A DNA stretch of 63,158 bases, the filler included, from Octopus bimaculoides (taxonomy: Eukaryota): NCBI RefSeq assembly GCF_001194135.2. It is 5 parts of 5 records of this genome, joined end to end, with 100 filler letters (N's around TTAATTAATTAA, not from the genome) between each part and the next. Parts side by side here need not be neighbours in the genome. Positions count along the whole stretch, not along the records: positions 25,531 to 53,036 come from NC_068995.1; 4 more parts are not named here. One strand, 5' to 3'. Below, one piece after another: positions 37,845 to 50,399 of the stretch (positions are counted from its first letter, which is position 1; every line of letters begins with the position of its first letter). A model generated the notes under the pieces. It was not told where the DNA came from. It saw nothing but the letters and a program-made list of their open reading frames with translations, and ran no database searches. Both the position numbers and the translations under genes were made by a program.

Positions 37845-38200
37845 CCAGTTGTAACTGTCGAGGGGATAGGGAATGTATTTTAAATAAATCATGTTTAGAA
37901 AGGAACATAGTACATGAACATGCAGTAGTAACCCAGAACAAAATTTATAATTACATAGGATACTGCATGATGACATTTAAGCTCCAGTATTACAACCACA
38001 TCTTGTCACAGAAATAAAGAAAATGTGACATCACTTAGCAAGCTAATATGGCAACCAAGGGAGTAAAAGACAGAATAGGAGCTAAAATGGTCAATCTTCA
38101 GTCAAACTAAACCATAAAAAATAGGAAGAAATAGATGTGAACCTTGCCAAGAGGAGTCATTCCACATCCTTACATCTGTGTGTAACCTTATTAACTGTAG
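37845..38200 (+). mobile_element. PLE GIY-YIG fragment (probably Hydra-type)
   Basis: CNCRGDRECILNKSCLERNIVH...YNYIGYCMMTFKLQYYNH. Confidence 0.8.
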
Positions 38201-38629
38201 GCAGGAGTTAGTGATATGTTGTAAGCATTTTTATAATAAATCCTTCAGCAGGTTCCCTAGGTAACTTTAACACTATAGTGAGAAGCATAAGTTTTTTAAC
38301 ACTATAGTGGGAGGCATAGTTTTTTAAAACTATGTATATATATATGGGATCTGGTCAAAACACCCTCGGTTATATTTTTTGGTTATTTTCATTTTTTACT
38401 TTTTACTTGTTTCAGTCATTAGACTACAGCCATGCTGGGGCACTGTCTTGAAGAAGTTTTAGTTGTACATATCAACCCCAGAATGTTTTTGCTTTTTTAC
38501 TTGTTGCAGTTATTAGACTGCGGCCATGCTGGGGCACAGCCTTGAATTAAAATTCCCCTCACCCAATTTTTCAATTTTCACTTTTTTGCAAAACTTTTGT
38601 GGGGGTTTCCATGAAGGTACAGAAATTAT

Positions 38630-39086
38630 TATCATCATCATCATCATTTAACGTCCATCTTCCATGCATGCATGGGTAGGACAGTTGACAAGAGCAGGCG
38701 AGGGATTTTACAGCTGGATGCCCTTCCTAACACCAGAGTGGACTCAGTGCTTTTTACATGGTACTAACACAGGTGAAGTTAGTTTTGGCAAGATTTTTAC
38801 AGCTGGATACCCTTCCAGATGCCAACCACATTACAGTGTGGATTGGATGCTTTTAACGTGGCATCATCACTGGCAGGGTAAGACAAGGAATTATGAGAGG
38901 GGCAGGGCATTTGTGTCAGAGGATGAAAGTTAGAGTGTGACAAAGAGACAGAGAGACACAAGCAGGTGTCTTGCCACAACAGAGGGAGCATTAGAGGAGG
39001 TGATCCAGTATCAAATGATGAAAATTTAGAGTGTAACAGAGAAATAGAGAGGCCGAAATAGGTGTCTTGCTATAGAGGAGGTTACC

Positions 39087-39117
<31 letters not shown>

Positions 39118-39217
39118 GTACAGAAAGAAGCCAGAAACAAGTGTGCTGATGTAAAGGTGATACTTAGTTACCTAGTCAGAGGAAAACAAGAGAAAGAGAG
39201 GGAGAGTGACCAAAGGG

Positions 39218-39253
<36 letters not shown>

Positions 39254-42200
39254 TAGGAAACAGCAAAAGTGTAAGAGAAAGTGGAAGAGAGATGGTGTAG
39301 TGTTAGGGTATACTCACAAGTAACAAGAATATGAGTGTAGAACCTGGTTAGAAAAATATGGAATGGGTGTGTCTGGTGGGGGATGTGGGGAGCAGTGAGG
39401 CCAAGAAAGGGGACTGGAAAACAATCATAATGTATAAGAAGGAAATGTGAGAAAGAGAAAGATGCAATTAAAAGACAAGTTGTAGTTTGATTTCTTAGAG
39501 TAGACTGGTTAAAAAGTGTGTTGTTACACATGGGTAGGACACAACTCTTCTAGCACTCAGTTTTGTGGATGGGTCTTCCCTAGGACCTCATATTACCATA
39601 CATCTCAGTCTACTGTCATTTCCTCCGTGAGCCCCAACATCCTAAGATCAGTCCTCACCACTTCATCCCATGTCTTCCTGGGTCTCCTTCTTTCACAGAT
39701 ACCATCCACTTTCAGTGACAGGTACTTCTGTATACAGCTGTCTTCACTCATACGCATCACATGTCCAAACCAACACAGTCTCCTCTCCTGCATACCACAT
39801 TTAATCCCTCTTATGCCTAATTTTTCTCTCATCACGGTTGTACTTTGTTGGTCATGCACACTGATATTGCAAATCCAACAGAGCATACTACCTTCATTCC
39901 TCTCCAGTCTACACATGTCCTCCACAGTCAGAACCCTTGTCTCACTACCACGTAACATAGCTGTTCTCACACAAGCATCATACAACCTACCTTTCACTCT
40001 GAGAGAGAGTCCTTTTGCTGCCAACAGAGGTAGTAGTTCTCTGAACTTTCTCCACCCTATTCTTATTTTAGAAACAATACTTTCATAGCATCCACCACCG
40101 TTGCTAATTTGGTCACCTGAATAGCAGAACCTATCTACTACCTCAAGAGAGCCTCCTGGGCATTTGAGAGAGTTTAAATCCCTCGTGCTCTTAATACTTA
40201 CTGTTCCAGTGCATCTGCCACACACAAAAGCAACCTTATCTGATAATCTTCCCATAATTCCACTGTATCTCTTATGCATCCATAGGTTACACTTGGTGCA
40301 GTGAACGGAATTACATCCCACTCCTATCCTACATATTGAACAGGGCCATTTGTCAGCCAGAATGAGAGTCTTATCTCCTTTCTCGGTAGCAACAACTTTA
40401 ATCTTAGCTAACTTAGCTCTAAGGCCCTTTGATTCCAGGTTTTGTTTCCAAAACCCGGAACTTCTCCAATTCTGCTTCAGATTCTGCAATAAGAGCAAGA
40501 TCATCAGTATATAACAGTTCTCATGGGCATCCAGTTTTGAATTCATCTGTCATGGCCCGAAGAACTATGATAATTAAGAGTAAACTAAGAACTGATCTCT
40601 GGTATACTCCAACTTGTACATTAAATTCATCACTGTATTCAAGGCCAACTCTCACCTTACTGACAGCATCGTTATACATGGCTTGAACCACTCTAACGAG
40701 CCACTGCTCTACTCCTAGCTTCCTTAGAAACCACTAAACAAAAGATCAGGCGAGCACTATAGAAAGCTTTCTCCAGGTCGATGAAGGCTAAGTACAATGG
40801 CTTACTTTTGGCCAAATACTTTTCTTGCAACTGTCTCACTATGAAGATGGTATCTGTGGTACTTATCCCAGGAACAAAACCAAATTGCATTTCATCTAGT
40901 TTAAGTCTATCCCTAATTAGCTGAGATATAACTCTCTCTGTAATTTTCATGACCTGATCCAGCAGTTTGATACCTCTGTAGTTGATTCTCTAAGGCATCA
41001 CCTTTACCCTTGTAGCAGCTGATTATAATACTGCTACACCAGTCTTTGGGGATGACACCTTCCTGAATAACCTGATTAACTATGTGAGTGACTTGGCTAT
41101 ATCCCACACAACCTTATATTTTAATCATCTCGGCAGTGACACCCAATGGTCCAGAGGCTTTCCTAGTTTTCATTTTGTTAATTGCCTTTTCTATTATACT
41201 TGCTATCCACTCTGATGGTTGGTCCCTCAATTGGTTCAATATTTGAAAGACTCTCCTTCTCCGAATCATTCTCCACATTTAACAACCTTTCATAATGGCA
41301 TCTCCACACATCTTTCTTCTCTGGGTCACAAACTGCAAAATTACCATCATCCATTCACACACATTCCTCACCTACCATATTTCTATTCTCTCTGATACAC
41401 TGCTTTGCAGTCCTGAACACTTCATGCCTCTGATCCTCCTGCTGCATAACATTGGCAAACTTCTTACCTTCTGCTATTCCTCTTACCATGTAAACCTGTC
41501 ACCTAGCTTCCTGATATAATGCTTTGCTTCCACCATTTTTCCAGTCTTTCCAGGCCTGTCTCTTTGTTTTTATAGTACTGTCCACTGCCTTGTTCCACCA
41601 CCAAGTCACCCTTGGCCTGGCTGGGACTGTGCACCAACCACAGATTTGGTCAACGGCACCCAGTAAATTGTTCCGCAGGAACTTCCAGTTGTCCTCTAAG
41701 ATATACGTCCCTTCCACCTCCTCCCCTCTATCATCAGAGGCCTCCAATAGAATGTCTCTAAGTTTTTGTTAGTTTGCTGGGTCTGTAAGTTTCCATAATC
41801 TACTTTTCCAGCGTGGTTTGTTTTCGAGTGTTTGTAGCCCTAATTCTGAAGTCATTAACTAGTAGCCTATGTTAGGGTGTACACTCTTCATCTGGAAAAG
41901 ACTTCACATTTGTGAGCATCTGCCTGTCTCCTTGCCTGATGATGAAGTAGTCAACCTGGCTTATATTCCTACCAGACTGATAAGTAATTAGGTGGCTAGC
42001 TGGCTTCCTAAAGTTAGTGTTGCAAATCATAAGAGCATTTGCATTACAGAACTCAAGTAACTGTGTACCTTCTTCATTCCTGGTGCCAAAGCCACAACCA
42101 CCATGCACACCATGGAATCCATGGAAATGCTGCCTAACATGTCCATTAAAGTTGCCAGGCACAATAATGAAGTTTCTGTCATTTATCGTTGAGGTAGTTT

Positions 42201-42520
42201 GCAAAAAGACCTCATAGAATTGGTCCTTCAGATTAACAGCCAACCTAACCTGTGAAGCATAGGCAGAGATAAATGTAATTGTTAATCTATCAATGATAAG
42301 TCTCAACTTAATAACCCTATTGCACACTCTAACTACCTCAATTACTTTATCTACCCACTTTTCTGCTAAGAGTATGCCTACATCACCCACTTCCCAGAAG
42401 AATTTAAACCTCTGTTTCTTACCCATGAGGAATCTAGCAGAGGCTCCTTTCCATCTCACTTCATGCACACCACACACATTGACATGAAGACGCTCCATCC
42501 TTTCAACAATGTTTGAAAAG
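38630..42520 (-). mobile_element. RTE-clade LINE, near full-length ORF2 relic plus 3' UTR
   Basis: APE domain (HEVRWKG, GNFNGHV, TRNEEG, SQVDY), RT (MQFGFVPG, YLAFIDLEKAF, LLYTDDL), PHD-like insert, tail ending gacgttaaatgat(gat)n. Confidence 0.93.
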
Positions 42521-43779
42521 ACCTGAGTAAACAGTAAAGAGAGTGGGGTAAGAAGGACATGAAGTAGCCTTATATATCTATATATATATATAGATACCAT
42601 GCCACAGCATGTATTCAATTCAATGAAGTACAATTTCCCCTCTCCCACACAGCATCCAGATTAAGACCCAGTAAAGAGAAGGGTAAGAAGGGCATGAAAG
42701 TAGTCATATATGGTGTNNNNNNNNNNNNNNNNNNNNNNNNNNNNNNNNNNNNNNNNNNNNNNNNNNNNNNNNNNNNNNNNNNNNNNNNNNNNNNNNNNNN
42801 NNNNNNNNNNNNNNNNNNNNNNNNNNNNNNNNNNNNNNNNNNNNNNNNNNNNNNNNNNNNNNNNNNNNNNNNNNNNNNNNNNNNNNNNNNNNNNNNNNNN
42901 NNNNNNNNNNNNNNNNNNNNNNNNNNNNNNNNNNNNNNNNNNNNNNNNNNNNNNNNNNNNNNNNNNNNNNNNNNNNNNNNNNNNNNNNNNNNNNNNNNNN
43001 NNNNNNNNNNNNNNNNNNNNNNNNNNNNNNNNNNNNNNNNNNNNNNNNNNNNNNNNNNNNNNNNNNNNNNNNNNNNNNNNNNNNNNNNNNNNNNNNNNNN
43101 NNNNNNNNNNNNNNNNNNNNNNNNNNNNNNNNNNNNNNNNNNNNNNNNNNNNNNNNNNNNNNNNNNNNNNNNNNNNNNNNNNNNNNNNNNNNNNNNNNNN
43201 NNNNNNNNNNNNNNNNNNNNNNNNNNNNNNNNNNNNNNNNNNNNNNNNNNNNNNNNNNNNNNNNNNNNNNNNNNNNNNNNNNNNNNNNNNNNNNNNNNNN
43301 NNNNNNNNNNNNNNNNNNNNNNNNNNNNNNNNNNNNNNNNNNNNNNNNNNNNNNNNNNNNNNNNNNNNNNNNNNNNNNNNNNNNNNNNNNNNNNNNNNNN
43401 NNNNNNNNNNNNNNNNNNNNNNNNNNNNNNNNNNNNNNNNNNNNNNNNNNNNNNNNNNNNNNNNNNNNNNNNNNNNNNNNNNNNNNNNNNNNNNNNNNNT
43501 CTGTTACCGGACAGGGATTCTGGATTATTTTTCCGTTTTTTTTTACATAATTTTTGAGAGCAGTCAAGTTCATTTTTAGTATTCTCGTTCGAGAGAGCAG
43601 TTAAGTTTATTTCAGATATTCTCATTTTAAAAATTATCTCTAGCTAATCATTGAGAGGACGTTGGTGTTACCTTGACAGAGGTTTGTGCGCTCTGAGTGG
43701 TCTTGTTTTATTTTATTTTATTATTTTTTGATATTTTAATTTATTTTGTCCTTTAATTTTTTGATTTTCTATTTTCATT

Positions 43780-43850
<71 letters not shown>

Positions 43851-44639
43851 TTATTGTTTTGTAATATTATTTTATTGTTATTTTATCAATATTATTGTTA
43901 TTGGTGTTGTTGATGTTGACACCATCATCATCCTTATTGTTTTAGTATCACCTATTATTCCGTTAAATTATTTCAATTCTTTTAATTGTTAGTTTTCTTT
44001 AATGCTAAATTTAGAAATTTTTTCTTTGGTTCAAATTTTAAACCCTAACCCATTTAATGGTATAAACTTTAAAACTTTTGTAATGAGGTTAATTTGAATT
44101 TGCATCTGACTTTCAACAACTTTAACTTGATCTCATCCCATTTCAACCTAACATCTTTTAATCTATCAATATTTTATTTCCTAGTTATATCACAATGTGA
44201 TTACTACCTCTACATCACAATATAATTACTATTCCTTCAGCTTCTAATATAATTCCCCTACTATGCTTGATAGCAACAATCACCAAATATTAAAGTCTTA
44301 GGTTGACCATGTGTATCAAATTTCAGCACAACAGTTGAGAATATCTAACTTATAAACAATGCTAATATGTTTATGTGCGTTGACAAATGTTTTATGACTG
44401 TCCCTTTCCCAAATCTTGGCCATCCAATTCCCCTACTTCTATTAAGTAACCACTTCTATCATTTCCTTACTTTCTTCACCCCTTTGTATCCTATTTTCCT
44501 CTTTTCTCTATTCTACTTGCATCTTTCCATCTTTCTTCTCTCCCCCATGCACTTATCATTCCTTCAATATTCTGCTTTGTTATAACCAGAAATAGCTCTT
44601 AGAAAAGTAGCATTAATTTTTTTTAGGTTGCTCAATTTT

Positions 44640-44770
44640 ACTCAACTGATCAATAGACCAATCGAGTAAACCTATCAGTAATGTACCTATAATGACTACT
44701 GGAAACAGCTGTAAGCCAAATTTGGTCCAATAAAGAAAATATATGTAATTGTCATTATTTTTAACTTGTT
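44640..44770 (+). repeat. Second copy of the ~130-bp half-hammerhead repeat
   Basis: tcaactgatcaatagacc...cagtaatgtacctataatgactactgGAAACAGCTGTAagcc. Confidence 0.75.
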
Positions 44771-44969
44771 TTATGTATCACTCAGTTTGTCTGGAGCCCA
44801 TCCAGGGATTTACGATATAGGATTGTATATATGAACCACAACCTTGGATCCTGTTATATGAATACTTGGAGTTCTTCACTAATCTAAATAATATTGCTTG
44901 CTTGGAGTGCTAACAGAGAGCTTATGAAGTATTTTGCGCAGATTGATAATCGCTCACTATTAACTCTGT

Positions 44970-45000
<31 letters not shown>

Positions 45001-46197
45001 ATATTAGGGACAAAATCCAAAATTACAGGTAAAAAACTCAATTAAAATCAATTTATAAAAAATTAAAATTAAATTGAGTCTTATAGATAAAGTATATATA
45101 AAATATATAGTTTTAGGGAAAATAACCAATTTTCAAGAACTCATCGATGAAAATCCACTATCACATATAGAAAAATTAATAATTAAAAGCACAATAAATG
45201 AGTATAATATAAAGTAAAGTAAATATCATAAGATAAATATAATAAAAAGNNNNNNNNNNNNNNNNNNNNNNNNNNNNNNNNNNNNNNNNNNNNNNNNNNN
45301 NNNNNNNNNNNNNNNNNNNNNNNNNNNNNNNNNNNNNNNNNNNNNNNNNNNNNNNNNNNNNNNNNNNNNNNNNNNNNNNNNNNNNNNNNNNNNNNNNNNN
45401 NNNNNNNNNNNNNNNNNNNNNNNNNNNNNNNNNNNNNNNNNNNNNNNNNNNNNNNNNNNNNNNNNNNNNNNNNNNNNNNNNNNNNNNNNNNNNNNNNNNN
45501 NNNNNNNNNNNNNNNNNNNNNNNNNNNNNNNNNNNNNNNNNNNNNNNNNNNNNNNNNNNNNNNNNNNNNNNNNNNNNNNNNNNNNNNNNNNNNNNNNNNN
45601 NNNNNNNNNNNNNTATATACAAAGTTTTGATTTTTAAAAAAACTTTAACGATATTATAAACTATAAAGATTAATAATTAATCAAATAATATTAATCAAAA
45701 ATAATCGAAAATATATCAACACTATTCCAATCGAAGTTCTAATATTATGTTGAAATGAAACTATAACTTCTAAATAATTTAGTGTTAAATAAGTTATCTA
45801 TTAAAATAATCTATAAAGAACCAAATGAATAGTATAAAAACAAGAATACATATTATTTTCAAATAGTAGAAAATCTTTAGCAAAGTGAAAACAGTACTTA
45901 TCCAAATTTTTCCGTAATTCAAACTGAAAAACTAAGACGTTATCTAATAGCTATAGCGTTTAGATGAGAGACAAATATTCTCTGTATAAAATATATTTCG
46001 TAGTGCTCAAGAGGTTTAAACTTGAACAGGTAGAGGAGTAAATGTAAGGATAAGTGTGTTAGGCAAGTCAATATACAAAAAATATCAAATGCATTTGATA
46101 CAAAAAATGTACATTTGTTTGCATATAAAAAGGTCTGACTTACACAGAATATAAATGATATCAGGAATTAAAGGGGTTGAATAAGAGTTTTATAAGT

Positions 46198-46286
46198 CCA
46201 ACGGCTGTTTCTAGAGGCTTGGTGGTCTGAAATAATGATTGTAAATTGATTCCATCATCAGATAATACCAGTCTCCATCTTCAGGG
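46198..46286 (-). ncRNA. Type-I hammerhead with extended stem II
   Basis: Minus strand cc-CTGAAGA-TGGAG[nested tggt/acca, ctga/tcag, tgat/atca pairs]CTCTA-GAAAC-AGCC-GTT-gg; stem I is short. Confidence 0.55.
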
Positions 46287-47279
46287 AAGACGTTTTACAT
46301 TTGAGGTGTTGACAAAATCAAGATTAAAGATGGAATGATTTTGTGGAGAACTAAGTGTGTTAGAAGGAGTTGGGAGGTACTTAGATAGAGAGTAGAAATT
46401 TCAGGGTTATGGGTTATTAATAAGGTTAGTAGGGAGTCATAGTAGTAGAGGTGGAAGGTGGGAGCAAGAGGGAAGGATGGTTTAGGTAGTATGTGAATGG
46501 TAACCTTAGTGTTAGGCTAGAGTTAAAGGTTGAGATATTGAAAATGGGAAAGGCCATTATTTGAGGGAAATAAGTTGACTGGTTCAGTGGCTGAGGGAGA
46601 TTAGTAAGGTATGTAGAGAGGTATGAGAGAAAATAGAGTGGGGGGTGAGTAGGTGGTCAAAACAGTAGTTGTTAGCAGGGTAAAGGAGTTGGGTTGGTAT
46701 TGGAGGGGGTGTATGGTATGGAGAGGTGTATGAAATTGAATAGAGGGATATAAATAGGGAGGGGGTAGAGGTAGATTGGTTAGTTTTCAAAGGAGTGGGG
46801 TAGTTTGAAGTACTTTTTGAAGGTGGGAGGTGGGAAGGCTAAGAGGGAAGTGGAAGTAGTGGATTAGACGAATTTGGAAATGTGTGTATGAGAAAAATAA
46901 GTGGTGGGTAGTATTTTTTAAGTAGTAGGTTGCTAGGCTGACTTTGTCTTAATTTAAAGTTATTTGGGGTATGGATACTTAAAATTATGGGATTACATAG
47001 ATTTAGCAAAGTGTGTGAAAAATGAGTAGCACCTGTGTTTACAATAATAAATTACATCAGAGAATTTGGATTGGGGAAAGAGTTCATGTGTGCATGGTCG
47101 TAGTGCTAGAAATCTATGGTGCCACTAATATACACCCTTGCTTGGTGGGAACGTGGTATATTAACACGGCACTTGTAGACTACATTTTTACATAGACAGA
47201 GGGCTTTGAGATGACAACCCCAAAATTTATTTTCTCCTACCACTACTATCTGGCTAAATACCTCCCAACTCTAATCTCT

Positions 47280-47620
47280 GCCAACCAGCACATTTATTGC
47301 TGGTAGTACATTAATAATCTTTATTATGACTACCCTGTGATAAAGGTAGGTTGGGATGAGGACCAGTTCATCATTCCTTAGGGTTGTTGTAGAGTGCTTC
47401 TTGGCCTCATCCTCTGTAGGAAAGCTCACTGATACTGCGCTGAAGTTTATTCCTCTGGCTATGTATATTTTGGTGCCCTGGTGGGTCTGAAGAACTTGTC
47501 AATCTGCTTCTGTGTCTCCTGTTATATTTTTCTACATTTTGTGACTATAGTCTTATATACAACTGTTCTGAGGCTAGTTTGTTGCTGGATGAATTCTGAG
47601 ATGTTGAGCACCAATGTTTC
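47280..47620 (-). mobile_element. L1/Tx1-type ORF1 N-terminal fragment
   Basis: ARGINFSAVSVSFPTEDEAKKHSTTTLRNDELVLIPTYLYHRVVIIKI; similar to the ORF1 relics at 22.6 kb and 49.3 kb. Confidence 0.55.
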
Positions 47621-47799
47621 AGTTCATGAGGGTACTTCTTCATATTTTTAAAATCATCCAAACTGATAAAAAATCGATCTGATCATTTGACATATTACAC
47701 AGGCTAATAATAAGTTTTGTTTCCAATTTTGTGTTGGTGGTGGTGGTGGAAATGCAACTTGCGTGTTGAATGGAAAATTTGATTTCTCTTTGTGATCTT

Positions 47800-48045
47800 T
47801 TATCTTTTACTTGTTTTCAGTCATTAGATTGCGGCAATGCTGGAGCACCACCTTAAAGAATTTTTTTAGTTGAATGTATCGACCCCAGTACTATTTTTTT
47901 AAAGCCCAGTTCTTATTCTATCAGTCTCTTTTGCCAAATCACTAAGTTATGGGGACTTTCAGGGACGTAAACACAACAGCACTGGCTGTCAAGCAGTGAG
48001 GGTGGGATAACACGGACACAAAGACACACACGCACACACACACAG

Positions 48046-48078
<33 letters not shown>

Positions 48079-48240
48079 TATATAATGGGCTTCTTTCAGT
48101 TTCTGTCTACCAAATCCACTCACAAGGCTTTGGTTGGCCCAAGGCTATAGTGGGAGGCACTTGTCGAAGGTACCATGCAATGGGACTGAACTCAGAACCA
48201 TGTGGTTGGGAAGCAAGCTTCTTAATACACAGCCATGCAT
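47800..48240 (-). mobile_element. SINE family A, full-length diverged copy
   Basis: Both modules with internal microsatellite. Confidence 0.9.
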
Positions 48241-48399
48241 GTGCCCATTCTACAATATTCTACAATATTTTTTTCTAAGTTCCAAATACATGTTAGTATC
48301 TGTTTTTATTTATTGTCTGTCATGGGAAGTATTTAATAAAAGTTTGTTGAAGCCCACCCCTTTTGTAAGAATGTTTGTATTGTTTATTTCCTGTATCAG

Positions 48400-49720
48400 T
48401 TGATTGTTGCTCTTGTGAATAACTGTGAAGTTGATGAAGGATTTGGGTTCTGTACTTGGTTGTATGTGTTGCCGTGTGATTGTTATTGTTGTTTATCATT
48501 GTAGTTTTTTATTTTGATTTGGTGCTTTCTTTCGCAACTGTGATTGTAGTAGGATGTGAGCATATTGTTTTTGTTGTTGTTGTTGTTGTTGGGATTTTGG
48601 TGAATGTGTCAGGGTTGTTGTTAGTGTAGTTGATAGATTGTAAGCAGATGAATTTTCCTCATCCAGTCTTTTAGCTTAACTAAGGATGGCCATTTTTAGA
48701 ACTATTCTTTCTTTTTTTTTCCCCGACACAAGTCTTTTTTGATGGATTCAATTCCCCCTCATCGTATGATAACTTCTCTGAATCAAGAGTGTCATTGCCA
48801 GTCTGCAGGAATGGTTGAATGCTGTTTATTTATTTCTGCTGCTACAGTTATTGATGTCATTGCTAAGGTAGGATCCTGCTGTTGAGGTTGTTGCTTTGTA
48901 GGATATTTTTGCAACTTTTGGTTTTCAGGATGCTGTTCTGGTGGTGGTAGTAGTGGAGCAGACAATCTCTTAGCTCCCTTTTGTTGTTGTTCTGTACAGA
49001 GGGCTTTCAAATGTGAGTTTGACCCACAAATGTGGTATCTTGGTTTCCTGCCTTTCACCCTGACCTGGAATTGTGCTCCATTCAGCAGCTCAATGAGGTC
49101 GGGGATCTTGTCCAGAGATTTCAGTTTTACCTGGATTAAAATCTTCAACCCAATCCCGGACTAGTTGGACTGACAGTATTTTTTTATATTCAGAAGAGTG
49201 TCTGGACCTTCAACCATTACACATGCAAACAATCACCAAATGTTTAATTCTGGTGACACATCTGTAATTTTAATCCTCACCACCTGCCAACCAAGGCATG
49301 TGGGGAAGAGGAGTAGATCTTTGTGTTTGCACTGGACCATTGAATGTTTTTGGGCCAGTATCTGTGGGGAACCTCACTTCCACGGAACCATATTGTCTTT
49401 CTCTTGTGAGGAAGTCAGTATCAGTCCATATACCTTTCAAGCATTTCTCTACTTGGATGTATGGTGCTTTGAAAATTTTTCTGGTATTTAGTGACACACA
49501 TATCTAAACAATGGTCCTTCTAGCAGTCTTTTCCATCAAATCTGAAGGGATAGCAAGCTTGATTTTTCCTATCCCCTCTATTATTGAGAAGTTTTTCTGC
49601 CTCTCTCAGGTGAATGCTTTCCTTCCAAAGAGGCTTGCTACTGTAATTTTGTTACTGCTTGCTACCTTTCCAGTAACAATGTCAACAGGCAAAATGCTAT
49701 TACCCTCACTTTTCAATGTC
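48400..49720 (-). mobile_element. L1/Tx1-type ORF1 relic
   Basis: RERQYGSVEVRFPTD, ILIQVKLKSLDKIPDLIEL..FQVRVKGRKPRYHICGSNSHLKALC (CCHC relic), low-complexity C-terminus. Confidence 0.65.
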
Positions 49721-49858
49721 ACTTACCTCCATCTCCCCCCCCCNNNNNNNNNNNNNNNNNNNNNNNNNNNNNNNNNNNNNNNNNNNNNNNNNNNNNNNNN
49801 NNNNNNNNNNNNNNNNNNNNNNNNNNNNNNNNNNNNNNNNNNNNNNNNNNNNNNNNNN

Positions 49859-49938
49859 GCTATTTTAAGGAGAATATTGAAGATCTTCACAAACAAAATA
49901 CAGAGCAGACATCAAACATGTCTTATCAGGCTGGTGGC
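49859..49938 (+). mobile_element. R4/Dong-like extreme 3' end
   Basis: AILRRILKI (cf. TARILRRVL at 5712) followed by a short UTR and (AAT)n. Confidence 0.5.
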
Positions 49939-49981
<43 letters not shown>

Positions 49982-49991
49982 TTAATAATAA

Positions 49992-50205
49992 CGGTTTCAA
50001 ATTTCGGCACAGGGCCAGTAGCTTTTTGCGGGGAAGAAGGAAGCTGATTGCATTGACACCAGAACATAACTGGTACTTAATTCATGAATCTTGAGAGGAT
50101 GAAAGGCAAAGAAGATTTCAGTGGAATTAAAACTCAATATGGAAAGACTAATGAAATGCTGCTAAACATTTGTCCATTATGCTAATGATTTGGCTAGCTT
50201 GCCAC
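49992..50205 (-). mobile_element. Second SINE family (B)
   Basis: acggtttcaaatttcggcacagggcc...ggtacttaattcat..gagaggatgaaaggcaaag...aaatgctgctaaacatttgtccattatgctaatg; a similar head lies at 53138-53190. Confidence 0.6.
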
Positions 50206-50236
50206 TTTGATGATGATGATGATGATGATAATAATT

Positions 50237-50267
<31 letters not shown>

Positions 50268-50270
50268 CAA

Positions 50271-50395
50271 CATTGTAAGATTTTGTGGGACTTTCCTATT
50301 CAAACGGACAAGAAGTTACAAAATAATAGACTGGACATAACAATTATAGATAAGAAAAAGTGAAGTCACTTACTAATCAACCCCTCATACCTGTT
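50271..50395 (+). mobile_element. R4/Dong-like REL fragment
   Basis: KILWDFPIQTDKKLQNNRLDITIIDKKK, directly after (AAT)n. Confidence 0.7.
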
Positions 50396-50399
50396 TGAT

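Noticed and set aside
37466-37845. Asn/Gly/Ser-rich 183-aa ORF as a host protein
   Set aside because: The middle is an AAT/GGT microsatellite and the 3' end is a PLE GIY-YIG fragment.
44100-44500. Possible Neptune-type RT N-terminus
   Set aside because: Only fragmentary motifs (PCVSNFSTTVENI, PTSIK); too degraded to list as a feature.
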